Shown here in pieces: positions 10,760-20,147 of a DNA stretch of 64,000 nucleotides. Under the pieces are notes generated by a model that was not told the DNA's origin, ran no database searches, and worked only from the letters and a program-made list of their open reading frames with translations. Position 1 is the first letter of the stretch. Every line of letters begins with the position of its first letter. Location of the stretch: the NCBI GenBank assembly GCA_043800705.1, contig JAZDMS010000040.1:5550-69549 (forward strand), in the 5' to 3' direction. A program made the position numbers and the translations under genes. The stretch is from Candidatus Altiarchaeota archaeon (GTDB taxonomy: Archaea > Altiarchaeota > Altiarchaeia > IMC4 > SCGC-AAA252-I15).

Positions 10760-11461
10760 ATGGCTAAAGAAGCTCCCGGCCCGAATCCTATCCGGGTGTC
10801 GAAAGAACAGGTCATGTCCTTCTATGAAGCCATCCGGGAGGCCGAGTACATAGTGGCCTCGAGGAAGCCGGACTTCATAGTGGCTCCTCTGCGCGGAGCA
10901 GAGCCATTAATCGAGTCAATGGCCGTTGTCGCCGACCTGGAGGGGCGCGATATGCCCGAAGTCGTGTACATAGAGACCGGGACCATCGGCTCAAGGATTG
11001 ACGGCAAGCCATTGCGGCCCCTCTTCCCGGAGGGAAAGGTCGCCCTGGTCTCGGAGAGGCTAGGCTCAAGATTTCGGGGAAAGGATGGGCGTCTGAGCAT
11101 CTGTCTGGTCGACGAAGTCGAATCCGGCGGCTCCATTGTGAAGAACTTCGACTACGTGAATGGGGCGATGCGTCTTTACTACCCGAAGGTTGATTTCGAT
11201 TTGTACGCCGTTGGCATATGCAGCAGATCACGTGAGAAATGCGGCAGGTTCGTGCAGCTATTGGGGATGGGCAAGATCACACCACTCTATGTGGATGACC
11301 TCTTCACAGTCGACCGCACCCGGTTTCTTTCGCCATTGGTCCGGAAGGACGACGACGTCCGCCGGCAAGGATTATACCCCGGCGATTCCAAAAATGAACT
11401 CTACAACAATATTGAGCGGATTCACAGGGAGCTTCAGGACAGACATGGCAGCAAAAAGTAG
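10760..11461 (+). CDS. Phosphoribosyltransferase-like domain protein
   Basis: Contains a PRPP-loop-like motif ICLVDEVESGGSIV. Start chosen at MAKEAPG. No closer assignment is possible. Confidence 0.45.
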   Translation: MAKEAPGPNPIRVSKEQVMSFYEAIREAEYIVASRKPDFIVAPLRGAEPLIESMAVVADLEGRDMPEVVYIETGTIGSRIDGKPLRPLFPEGKVALVSERLGSRFRGKDGRLSICLVDEVESGGSIVKNFDYVNGAMRLYYPKVDFDLYAVGICSRSREKCGRFVQLLGMGKITPLYVDDLFTVDRTRFLSPLVRKDDDVRRQGLYPGDSKNELYNNIERIHRELQDRHGSKK

Positions 11462-11462
11462 G

Positions 11463-12260
11463 ATGTTGTTAGATGCATACGGCATGCTTGAGCGGATACG
11501 CCTACGGAAGCCTCTCGTCCACCACATAACCAACTGGGTCACCATCTACGACTGCGCCAACATCACCCGCACATTCGGAGCCCTGCCAGTCATGGCCCAC
11601 GCCAGGGAAGAGGTCCAGGAGATGGTGGCCCTCGCCGGGGCCCTTGTGCTCAACATAGGCACCCTCACGCCAGAACTGATCGACACGATGGTCCTCGCAG
11701 GGAAGGCAGCCAACAAAAAAGGCATCCCCGTCGTACTGGACGCGGTCGGGGCAGGGGCGACACGGCTTCGGACAGACAGCGTCCTCAGGATGCTTAAGGC
11801 GTTCCGCATCGACGTATTGAAGGGCAACTTTGGCGAAGTCGGCGTTATCGCTGGCGCAAAGGCCGAAGTCAGAGGCGTCGAGTCGATGGGCCTTGACGGG
11901 GATCCCGTAAGGCTGGCTAAAGGCCTATCGTCGAAGCTGATGAACACGGTCGTGATGACCGGGAAGATGGACATCGTCTCAGGGGGCGGCAGGACATACC
12001 TCATAGACAACGGCACCGCTCAGATGGGCTCGATAGTAGGGACCGGCTGCATGGCAGCCTCCGTCATCGGCGCGTTCTGCGCCGTCGAAAAGGACTACCC
12101 GATGGCTTCAGCATCGGCATTGGCCTGCTACGGTATCGCAGGGGAACTGGCTGCGAAGGAGGCAAAGGGTCCGGGCTCGTTCAAAGAGGGATTCTACGAC
12201 GCGGTGGCGTCCCTGGACAGAAGGCATGTGGACTCAATGGCGAAGGTATCGGAAAAATAG
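11463..12260 (+). CDS. thiM: Hydroxyethylthiazole kinase
   Basis: MLLDAYGMLERIRLRKPLVHHITNWVTIYDCANITRTFGALPVMAH..VLNIGTL..PVVLDAVGAGAT.. is a typical ThiM pattern. The upstream part of the track ORF overlaps the previous gene. Confidence 0.85.
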   Translation: MLLDAYGMLERIRLRKPLVHHITNWVTIYDCANITRTFGALPVMAHAREEVQEMVALAGALVLNIGTLTPELIDTMVLAGKAANKKGIPVVLDAVGAGATRLRTDSVLRMLKAFRIDVLKGNFGEVGVIAGAKAEVRGVESMGLDGDPVRLAKGLSSKLMNTVVMTGKMDIVSGGGRTYLIDNGTAQMGSIVGTGCMAASVIGAFCAVEKDYPMASASALACYGIAGELAAKEAKGPGSFKEGFYDAVASLDRRHVDSMAKVSEK

Positions 12261-12378
12261 ATGTCTCACCTGCCAAAAACGCGTCCTATCCATATTTTGC
12301 CCCCATATTGGCACTGACTTTACCTCATCTTCTTGTATTGGGACATCCAAATGTAGTATAAGGAAAGGGTGAACTTAC

Positions 12379-12546
12379 ATGGACTCTGCAACCGCGCTTA
12401 CAGGCCTGGTATATATGGCGACCGCGTACATGATGGCGTATATTTTTTACCTCCTTTCAAGGGAGGCCGGGACCACCGGCATACTGGGTTTCCCGACTCA
12501 GCCTTACGACTCCAATCGCGTAATCCTCAGAAGAAGGTATATCTGA
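12379..12546 (+). CDS. Possible 55-aa small membrane protein
   Basis: My own translation gives MDSATALTGLVYMATAYMMAYIFYLLSREAGTTGILGFPTQPYDSNRVILRRRYI, with one hydrophobic helix. It is below the ORF-track size cut-off. Confidence 0.3.
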   Translation: MDSATALTGLVYMATAYMMAYIFYLLSREAGTTGILGFPTQPYDSNRVILRRRYI

Positions 12547-12573
12547 CTTAACCGCCCAAATGAAGCCGAATAA

Positions 12574-12602
12574 GGGGGCATGAGCGCCCACATCATGCCC
12601 CC
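12574..12602. terminator. Perfect 10-bp stem hairpin between convergent genes
   Basis: GGGGGCATGA-gcgcccaca-TCATGCCCCC, flanked by an A5/T5 run, lies between the stops at 12546 (+) and 12625 (-). Confidence 0.4.
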
Positions 12603-12624
12603 AAAAATCCGGTTTAATGGCCCC

Positions 12625-13533
12625 TTAAACGCACTCCACGTCGGCCTTGCAGCCATTCACCCCAGGGGACCTGACCATGACGCATTTTCCGCCGACGCAT
12701 TCGTTGTGCCTGCAGGACGAATCAGTCGTGCATCCGTCAATGCCCTTGCCATCAACCTTCCTGCAAAGCCCCCCCGAACATTCCGTGTGGTATTGATGTG
12801 CTGTTGTCGTCGGGGATCCGCGGCCGCTTTCTGCGAACTGCGTATCGTTAATCTTCGCCCCCGGGGTCGTCTTAATGGTCGACGAGTTCAGCACCAGCTG
12901 CCTGATGCATGCGCATGCCTGCGGGCTTCCCCTCCCATGGCAGCCCGAGCACCCTCCAAGATCGTATCCCCCCATGACTGCGACCTGGGTGTCCCATTCG
13001 CAGGTCGTGTTGTACAGGCACACCGCAAGCCTCCAGGCGGTTGGCGAGATCGAACAGACGCCGTCGGCTTTCGGGCAAATCCCGCCGATGTCGCATTCCT
13101 CTCCCTCATCCAGGATGCCGTTGCCGCATGGCAGGGTCGACGTCGTGGTAGTAGACGTCACCTGCAGCGTGGTCGAAACCGCGGCAGGCAGGGCCGTAGC
13201 CTCCTCCGGGGGCAGGATATGGGACATGTTGAGTTTGCCATAACAGTACCTCACCCATGTCATGTTCCCCATCCTGTCGCACAATGAAAGGTCGGAAGCG
13301 TCTATGGCGAGATTGGTGAGGCACGCAAACCTGAACTCGTCATCGTATTCCCCCTCGCATTGGCGGATCCTGGCATTATAACCCAACGTCGTCGACACAA
13401 CCCCCCGGCTCATGCATTCCTCTGGCCCCTGCGCCTGCCTGCCGTCCGGGCATGTGTAAGTTTCAGTCCCGCCAAGGCAGCCGCACATAACGGCCAAGGC
13501 GACAATCAAGGGCAGATGGGCCGGTTGGCGCAT
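12625..13533 (-). CDS. Secreted/lipoprotein-like Cys-rich protein with Thr/Ser linker
   Basis: Start chosen at MRQPAHLPLIVALAVMCGC (signal plus lipobox-like sequence). The upstream part of the track ORF overlaps thiE. The protein has more than 30 Cys, a TSTTTTST linker, and two C-terminal ECxGGxC modules (ECSGGLC, ECVGGKC). Confidence 0.6.
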   Translation of the reverse strand: MRQPAHLPLIVALAVMCGCLGGTETYTCPDGRQAQGPEECMSRGVVSTTLGYNARIRQCEGEYDDEFRFACLTNLAIDASDLSLCDRMGNMTWVRYCYGKLNMSHILPPEEATALPAAVSTTLQVTSTTTTSTLPCGNGILDEGEECDIGGICPKADGVCSISPTAWRLAVCLYNTTCEWDTQVAVMGGYDLGGCSGCHGRGSPQACACIRQLVLNSSTIKTTPGAKINDTQFAESGRGSPTTTAHQYHTECSGGLCRKVDGKGIDGCTTDSSCRHNECVGGKCVMVRSPGVNGCKADVECV

Positions 13534-13584
13534 ACTAAATATTATCCCCGCCAACATAAATACTAGCACTTCGTGTCTTATCAT

Positions 13585-14193
13585 ATGCGCGGATTCTACT
13601 ACATTACCGACTCGAAGATGTGCAGAAAACCCGAGCAGGACGCGGTCAGGGCGGCGATCGAAGGCGGCGCCGCAGTCGTCCAATACCGTGAGAAGGAGCT
13701 GCCGGTCGAGGAAAGGATCCCCATTGCAAGGAAGCTGAGGCTCCTTTGCAGCGGCAGGGCCATATTCATAGTCAACGACGAAGTCGAAGTAGCCCAGGCA
13801 TGCGACGCCGATGGTGTACACCTCGGACAAGATGATATGAGCGTCAAGACCGCACGCTACCTCCTTGGAAAAGACCGGCTGATAGGCGTAACGGTGCATA
13901 ACGTGCAAGAGGCAGTCGCAGCCGACCAGGCCGGCGCCGACTACGTCACAGTCTCGCCCGTGTTCGCCACCTCGACAAAGGCCGACGCCGGGCAGCCCGT
14001 CGGAATCCAGATGATAAAGGACGTAAAGGCCAAGGTGTTGATGCCGGTTGCCGCCATCGGCGGAATAGACGAAAATAACATAGACTCCGTCATCGCGGCA
14101 GGGGCCGACATGGCCTGCGCCATATCCGCCACCGTCTGCAAAGACGATATAAAGGCCGCAGTCAAATATTTCTCCACGAAATGGAAAAGATAG
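13585..14193 (+). CDS. thiE: Thiamine-phosphate synthase
   Basis: MRGFYYITD....VQYREK......IVNDEVEVA....DGVHLGQDD......GVTVHN..EA......ADYVTVSPVF.T.TK.... is a typical ThiE pattern. Confidence 0.85.
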   Translation: MRGFYYITDSKMCRKPEQDAVRAAIEGGAAVVQYREKELPVEERIPIARKLRLLCSGRAIFIVNDEVEVAQACDADGVHLGQDDMSVKTARYLLGKDRLIGVTVHNVQEAVAADQAGADYVTVSPVFATSTKADAGQPVGIQMIKDVKAKVLMPVAAIGGIDENNIDSVIAAGADMACAISATVCKDDIKAAVKYFSTKWKR

Positions 14194-15704
14194 TCGTCCT
14201 CGACTTCGGAGGCCAGTACTGCCACCTCATAGCACGGAGGATAAGGGAGCTTGGAGTCTACTCCGAGGTCATGGCCTCCGACACGTCCGCAAAGGAACTC
14301 AAGGCAACGGGCGGCCTCAAGGGTGTCATCCTCTCCGGCGGAGCCGCATCCGTCTACGACGCAGGCAGCCCGAAATACTCCCCTGACCTACTCGAAGCCG
14401 GAGTCCCGATACTCGGCATCTGCTACGGCCACCAGCTGATAGCGCACATTGCGGGCGGATCCGTCGAAGGCGGGAAGGCCGGAGAATACGGGCTCACGGA
14501 GCTCGCAGTCATGAAGGCGGAAGGCATCCTGAAGGGGGTCAACGGCCGCACGCCGGTCTGGATGAACCACCGCGACGTAGTGACCAAACTCCCGCCCGCG
14601 TACAAGGTCCTGGCCACAACCGCGAACACGCCTGTTGCGGCGTTCGGCAACCCTAAACAGAACATTCACGGCGTCCAATTCCACCCCGAGGTGACCCACA
14701 CCCGCGAGGGGATGAGCATACTCGAGAACTTCGTCGAGATATGCGGCGCAAGCCGCGACTGGAGCATGAAGGACTTCACCGTCAACTCCGTAGAGGAGGC
14801 GAAGTCGGTCATCGGCGGAAGGAGGGCGATCATCGGCCTGTCCGGCGGAGTCGACTCGTCGGCCGCTGCGGTCCTCCTGTCACGGGCCATCGGCGACAGG
14901 CTCACGGCGGTCTACGTCGACACCGGCCTCATGCGCTACCGAGAGACCGAGTTCATGGAAGAGACCTTCTCGGGCAGGGAGATGGACTTCAGGATCGTCA
15001 GGGCCGCCGACAGGTTCTTCGCGGCATTGAAGGGCGTCACCGACCCCGAGCAGAAGAGGAAGATTATCGGGGGCCTGTTCGTAGACATATTCGAGGAGGA
15101 AGCCGTGAAAGTCGGCGCCGAAGTCCTCGTCCAAGGCACGATATACTCGGACCGGATAGAGTCCGGGGTCACCAAGCACTCGGACAACATCAAAAGCCAC
15201 CACAACGTCGGCGGACTCAAGGAGAAGATGAAGCTGGAAGTCTACGAGCCGCTCCGGGACCTGTACAAGGACGAGGTCCGCGAGATCGCAAGGCAGCTGA
15301 AGCTCCCGGAGAAGATAATCACAAGGCACGTGTTCCCCGGCCCCGGCCTCGCCATAAGGATCATCGGAGAAGTCAACCCGAAGACGGCGGACATATGCAG
15401 GAAGGCGGGCAACATCGTCGAGGAGGAGCTGAAGAAGGCGGGAATCTACGAAAAATACTGGATGGGGTTCGCGGTCCTTCTGCCGATAAAGAGCGTCGGC
15501 ATCCAGGGCGACTGCCGAAGCTACAAGCACCCCGTCGTCGTGCGCATAATCGAGTCGAAGGACGCCATGACCGCCAACTTCAGCAAGGTCCCCTACGAGG
15601 TGTTGGAGTCCATATCGACGAGGATAACGAACGAGATAGCCGACATCAACAGGGTCGTCTACGACATAACCAACAAGCCCCCAGCGACCATGGAATGGGA
15701 GTGA
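14181..15704 (+). CDS. guaA: GMP synthase (glutamine-hydrolysing), fused GATase plus ATP-PPase
   Basis: 507 aa with GICYGHQL and HPE (GATase), the GLSGGVDSSAAA P-loop, and the C-terminal ...NRVVYDITNKPPATMEWE. Confidence 0.92.
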   Translation: MEKIVVLDFGGQYCHLIARRIRELGVYSEVMASDTSAKELKATGGLKGVILSGGAASVYDAGSPKYSPDLLEAGVPILGICYGHQLIAHIAGGSVEGGKAGEYGLTELAVMKAEGILKGVNGRTPVWMNHRDVVTKLPPAYKVLATTANTPVAAFGNPKQNIHGVQFHPEVTHTREGMSILENFVEICGASRDWSMKDFTVNSVEEAKSVIGGRRAIIGLSGGVDSSAAAVLLSRAIGDRLTAVYVDTGLMRYRETEFMEETFSGREMDFRIVRAADRFFAALKGVTDPEQKRKIIGGLFVDIFEEEAVKVGAEVLVQGTIYSDRIESGVTKHSDNIKSHHNVGGLKEKMKLEVYEPLRDLYKDEVREIARQLKLPEKIITRHVFPGPGLAIRIIGEVNPKTADICRKAGNIVEEELKKAGIYEKYWMGFAVLLPIKSVGIQGDCRSYKHPVVVRIIESKDAMTANFSKVPYEVLESISTRITNEIADINRVVYDITNKPPATMEWE

Positions 15705-15717
15705 CGGCGGTCCAAAC

Positions 15718-16458
15718 CTACAATACGACACTCTCTTGGCCGCTGACCCATCTGGCTATCTCCTGCGGGCTCGCATGTTCTATCTGGTGCATCCTGACGT
15801 CCGCCGCCGACTTGAGAAGCTGGAACAGGATTAGAAGCAGGGTCGGGCCTGCCATGCTCAGATAGTCCGCCGTGCTCCCCAGTCCAACGAGATACAAGCC
15901 CATGGACAGAAAGATCCCGCCGACGTAGATAAAACCCGAGGCGATTATGGTCAGGTGCATGGGCAAAATCCTGGCGAACGGGATTGCAGCCACGACCCCT
16001 ATGTTCAACCTTTTTGAGCTATCCTCCCTGACATTGTGTATGTAGGAGAATCCGTGGTTGACGAGGAATATTGCCACGGCCAGGAGCATCCACGGAATCT
16101 CCCCCGACAGGATCCGGTATCCCATATCACTCAAGGCAAAGAGCAGGAATACGGCGTAGGCGGCATGGAAAAATCCGAATCCGATAATAAAAATGACGGT
16201 CACCCAGGCTTTCACGGCCGATGAAGGGGTCAACGGCAGGCCGTTTATCTCCACCCCTTCGGTGGAATAATCCCCGAGGCTGAGCATCCTAAGTAGGCTG
16301 AATAGCCCGATGATGAGGCTCTGGCACCAGTAAACCCACAGGACCGTCATCAGGTTCCAACCCTCCAAGACAGCCAGCAGAATCACGAACAGATTAGAGG
16401 CTGCAAGCGACACTGCCGAAGGATCAGACCATGCACTCTTCGCCGCCGCCTCAGGCAT
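15718..16458 (-). CDS. Polytopic membrane protein (DUF6498-like)
   Basis: 246 aa with 6-7 hydrophobic segments. The family call is from memory only. Confidence 0.5.
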   Translation of the reverse strand: MPEAAAKSAWSDPSAVSLAASNLFVILLAVLEGWNLMTVLWVYWCQSLIIGLFSLLRMLSLGDYSTEGVEINGLPLTPSSAVKAWVTVIFIIGFGFFHAAYAVFLLFALSDMGYRILSGEIPWMLLAVAIFLVNHGFSYIHNVREDSSKRLNIGVVAAIPFARILPMHLTIIASGFIYVGGIFLSMGLYLVGLGSTADYLSMAGPTLLLILFQLLKSAADVRMHQIEHASPQEIARWVSGQESVVL

Positions 16459-16510
16459 AGCCTATATCTGACTGCAGTGATAATAAACCCTCAAACAAAG
16501 TAACTATGCT

Positions 16511-16606
16511 ATGAGAATCCGCGACATCGGCGGCGAATTCACGCTAATCAACCGACTCGTATACGACATAACCAATAAACCCCCCGCGACCATGGGGTGG
16601 GCGTGA
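16511..16606 (+). pseudogene. Chimeric relic ORF: thiL 5' end fused to guaA 3' end
   Basis: MRIRDIGGEFTLINR|LVYDITNKPPATMGWA*. The first half parallels thiL (MKIKDIGGEFALINRV at 20148) and the second half parallels the guaA end (NRVVYDITNKPPATMEWE* at 15704). Confidence 0.75.
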
Positions 16607-16609
16607 ACG

Positions 16610-17803
16610 TCAAAGCCCGGTTATTCTGTATCTGATATTCTTTCCGGCAGTTCCGTAACCCGCTTCGAATTCCAGCCTAGCCTCTTTATCCAGGTATCTG
16701 CCGGATATAATCCCTTTATCCTGCCATTGCGTGCCATTACCCTCAGCATCGAAGGAGACCGCGTAGTCATACTCTCCCCCCTTTACCCCACCGCAGCCGG
16801 GCCCTGAAGCCATCCCGTTCAACTGGAATACCATAGTCTTTGTGAACCTGACTACGGGCTTCTCGGCGAGATCCTGGTCCAGGAAAGTTCCCTCAGGCAT
16901 CATATCCCCGTAGCCCCTACCGCCAGTAATCCCCTGGTTCTGGGGCGGGTCCATGTCGACCCCATCCATCATCAAATTAGTTATCCTGCAATCGACTCCG
17001 TTCTTTGAGATTTTAAGGGTTGACCCGTCCAACTCCCCCTCTTCCCCCCCAAACACCAGGGTGAATACCGATTTGTCCGGCTCCGATGAGCCGAAGAAGG
17101 AAATGGGCGCGATAGCCAGCCTATCGAAACCGTCGACCCTTACGACCTCCGTCGGATTCAGGGGGCTGAGACCCGTCACGGATGAAAAAGCGAGCAGGAA
17201 AAAGATTGATGCCCCAAACAGCATCCCCCCCGGAATCAGCCAACATAGGACAGCCTTAATAGCGCTCATCCTGCAGGTCTGACGAAGGATAAGCGTCAGC
17301 AGATAGAATGAAAAAATATGCGGGATATAGCTTACGACGATAGCCCCCATTCCAAAGACCGGCGATATGACCCTCTCCAAAATCCCCTGGATCAACGGCT
17401 GCACAACAGCGGCGATGAGGATATAAACCGGGAAATAAACCGACGCCATCATATAATAGAGCTCAGTGAACGTGCATCTTCCGCCAAGGATCCGTGCGAC
17501 AAGATACTCCCCTCCTGCAAAAATGAACGAGGCAATGAGGCCCATGATGGGATACCCGACCAGGCAGAAGATGAACATGAGGCCTACGATCACAAGGGGG
17601 CTCCCGGTTGCCAGCATCATGAGGGGCAGGGCAAACGCAGCAAACAATGACGCAATAAGGACGACTTCCACGCCTCTCGTCATGGATGCCCGAGGCAGCT
17701 GCCTGGAAATCAGGGCGGAGGGGTTTTTAAACAAAAGAACGGCTTTTTCGCGGAACCTCAATTCCACGCTCAAATCATTTGCAGAAACCGGCTCACCTTC
17801 CAC
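16610..17803 (-). CDS. Membrane protein (Yip1-like N-terminal TM domain plus C-terminal extracytoplasmic domain)
   Basis: 397 aa with 5 TM helices in the first ~215 aa, then a soluble beta-rich region. GC looks lower than the flanks by eye. Confidence 0.5.
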   Translation of the reverse strand: MEGEPVSANDLSVELRFREKAVLLFKNPSALISRQLPRASMTRGVEVVLIASLFAAFALPLMMLATGSPLVIVGLMFIFCLVGYPIMGLIASFIFAGGEYLVARILGGRCTFTELYYMMASVYFPVYILIAAVVQPLIQGILERVISPVFGMGAIVVSYIPHIFSFYLLTLILRQTCRMSAIKAVLCWLIPGGMLFGASIFFLLAFSSVTGLSPLNPTEVVRVDGFDRLAIAPISFFGSSEPDKSVFTLVFGGEEGELDGSTLKISKNGVDCRITNLMMDGVDMDPPQNQGITGGRGYGDMMPEGTFLDQDLAEKPVVRFTKTMVFQLNGMASGPGCGGVKGGEYDYAVSFDAEGNGTQWQDKGIISGRYLDKEARLEFEAGYGTAGKNIRYRITGL

Positions 17804-17906
17804 TGAATAATCTATCTGCGGGAATCCCTTAAATAATCCCTATATCATCCGATCCGTCAGAACAAGGATCAGCAAAGTCCGGTACGAAGTGTTGGCGTCC
17901 CTCACA

Positions 17907-18581
17907 TTATTCCGATCGCCTGCAGTATCCGGTCACACAATACAGGTTGCCTATCTTTTTGACTTCATGACTGGGGAAGCCGCTTTCCGCCATCAACGAA
18001 TCCACGCGGCTTCTACTGTAGAAATATACTTCACACCCTCCCAGCATCAGCCTCGTCTTTCTGATAGGTGCCCTCCAGGTCATCAGCCTGGGAAAAGATA
18101 AAACGACCACGTCCCCTGTCGCATCCCGCATCTTCTTGAGTAATGGCAGAGGCTCCTTAACGTAGTCGAATAATCCCATGCCTATGCACGCATCGAATTT
18201 CTCTGCGCCAACGTAGGCGTCTAGGCTCGAATGTATGAAACTGCATCTGTCATCAACGCCGTTTTCCCGGGCGTTTCTCCTGGAAAGCCTTACCATGTTT
18301 TCCGATATGTCCAGGCCGACCACGCGCAGGGCTCCGTGTCTTGCGGCTTCCACGCTGTACTTCCCGCTTCCGCATCCCACGTCAAGAACAGTTTTCCCCT
18401 CCAATGGCCGGATCTTTCCCATCGCATACTCGAATCGCCCGTACATGTCTGCCCTGAAGATGCGGTCGATCAGGTTCGACAACGCCGACTTATCGTGAGA
18501 ATAAATCTTCTGGAACGACTCCGACTCGCTATTCCAATATTCCCTTTGGGTTTTCACAGCTCTAGACCCTCCCTTATGCAA
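17907..18581 (-). CDS. Class I SAM-dependent methyltransferase
   Basis: Contains the VLDVGCGSGKYS motif I and GLDISENM. Confidence 0.75.
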   Translation of the reverse strand: MHKGGSRAVKTQREYWNSESESFQKIYSHDKSALSNLIDRIFRADMYGRFEYAMGKIRPLEGKTVLDVGCGSGKYSVEAARHGALRVVGLDISENMVRLSRRNARENGVDDRCSFIHSSLDAYVGAEKFDACIGMGLFDYVKEPLPLLKKMRDATGDVVVLSFPRLMTWRAPIRKTRLMLGGCEVYFYSRSRVDSLMAESGFPSHEVKKIGNLYCVTGYCRRSE

Positions 18582-19375
18582 GTGAACCTGAAATCATCTA
18601 AAAGGCGCTCAAGCCGCCCGCGAGTCCCCCCGAGATTGCGGTAATGCCTGAACCTCTTGGTTAAGGGCAGTTCCACGCGAGGCTGCCCGGGATCGAGCTC
18701 CCAGGGATGTATATAAAAGACTACTGGCCGGCCATTATTATTGCAATTCCTGATACAGTACCTTGTATAGGCATACGGGAATATGCGGAAGTAGCCGCCG
18801 CCGCTGCAAGGCAGCCGCATGCCGAAAAACTCCGCGCAGGAGAGCGGGAATTCGGTTATTCCGGCGGATATCTTGTACGGCTTAAGCGGCGCATCGGGCA
18901 CGCCATAATCCGGATGGAAAGAGATAGGAAAAACTGACGAGTCATACTTGAGCCCATATTCCTCCAACACCTCCAACGCCCAAAAAGTCTCCGGTTTTAG
19001 CGTGAATGAGGGAGCCCGGTACCCCAGGATTTTCTGTTTAACGCCGCAGTCCCTGACGCAGTCCAAGGCCTTCCCGACGTCTATCCTAAATTCTTCCTTA
19101 TCCATCTGGCTCAACAGTGAATGGCCGTATCCGTGAATCCCTATCTCATGGCCGGCCTCGTCTATCTTCCGGATCAGATCAGGTACACGCTCCGCAATCC
19201 ATCCCAAAACGAAGAAAGTGGCCTTAACCTTGTGGATTTCGAGCAGATCAAGTATCTGGTTTAACCCAATCCCGACTCTCAACTCGCATGAGTCCCAATT
19301 GCGTCTGTCGATGACCCGGCTGAGATTGCTGACGCAAAACCAATCCTCCACATCCACGGAAAAATAATTCAACAT
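18554..19375 (-). CDS. Polysaccharide deacetylase family protein (DUF3473-type)
   Basis: N-terminal FSVDVEDWF and HEIGIHGYGH motifs, with an FR.TCI tail typical of the exopolysaccharide-locus deacetylase subfamily. Confidence 0.75.
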   Translation of the reverse strand: MLNYFSVDVEDWFCVSNLSRVIDRRNWDSCELRVGIGLNQILDLLEIHKVKATFFVLGWIAERVPDLIRKIDEAGHEIGIHGYGHSLLSQMDKEEFRIDVGKALDCVRDCGVKQKILGYRAPSFTLKPETFWALEVLEEYGLKYDSSVFPISFHPDYGVPDAPLKPYKISAGITEFPLSCAEFFGMRLPCSGGGYFRIFPYAYTRYCIRNCNNNGRPVVFYIHPWELDPGQPRVELPLTKRFRHYRNLGGTRGRLERLLDDFRFTCIREGLEL

Positions 19376-19511
19376 ATGCCGGTATAGTATTACCCCGCAG
19401 GATAAAAAATCTCCAGCTTAAAAACCGCCCTCAAACGGGGGATTGATGCGTCGGATCCTTAGGCGACGACGCTCTTGACACATATGAAGCCAACGGAATA
19501 CGATAGAACGA

Positions 19512-20108
19512 TCAGGCATCCTTCTCGATGCCGTCGGCTATATCGCATAATACGTTGATCATCTCAGCCATCCTCTTTGGCTCGTAGATTATCCTCCGGC
19601 TCTTGAATAAAATCTCCCCCTGTTCTGTCGATACCTCATCCCTGCTGTGAATCATCAATCTTTTCAGCCTGGATTCCACCGAATCGGTAAACACTCTGGC
19701 AGCTTTTGACTTGTCGGGCGCATAAATGTTCAATTCCCCGTTTTTCCCCTCGCCTCTTTTTACGAGAAAATTGTCGCTCTCACCCTCGTATGCCGCATAT
19801 ACCCATGTCGCATACCTCTCGATCAATCCTTTCCTTTCGAGTCGCACCCCCGCTTGTCTCCCCCTCACCTCGAAATCCACGCATGTTCCCGGATTCCATC
19901 CATCTGGTATTTCGCACCCCAGTTCCTCTGAAAGCTCCCTCAGCACCCTCTGAAACCTTGGTTTGGTGCTGATCTCATACCACATATACGGTTGGCTGCC
20001 GCTCAGCAGTATCATGCCCCCCTTCGGGCCGATCAAACGGGCGACTAACAGCATAAAGGCTGCGAAAGCTAACAGGATAATGGACGCCAGAGAAGAACTA
20101 ATCTCCAT
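19512..20108 (-). CDS. Hypothetical N-terminally anchored protein
   Basis: 198 aa with a single N-terminal TM segment (SSLASIILLAFAAFMLLVARLIG). No other motifs. Confidence 0.45.
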   Translation of the reverse strand: MEISSSLASIILLAFAAFMLLVARLIGPKGGMILLSGSQPYMWYEISTKPRFQRVLRELSEELGCEIPDGWNPGTCVDFEVRGRQAGVRLERKGLIERYATWVYAAYEGESDNFLVKRGEGKNGELNIYAPDKSKAARVFTDSVESRLKRLMIHSRDEVSTEQGEILFKSRRIIYEPKRMAEMINVLCDIADGIEKDA

Positions 20109-20147
20109 GGTGTTTTATTCATCTCAGTACAATAAATGCAAGATAAC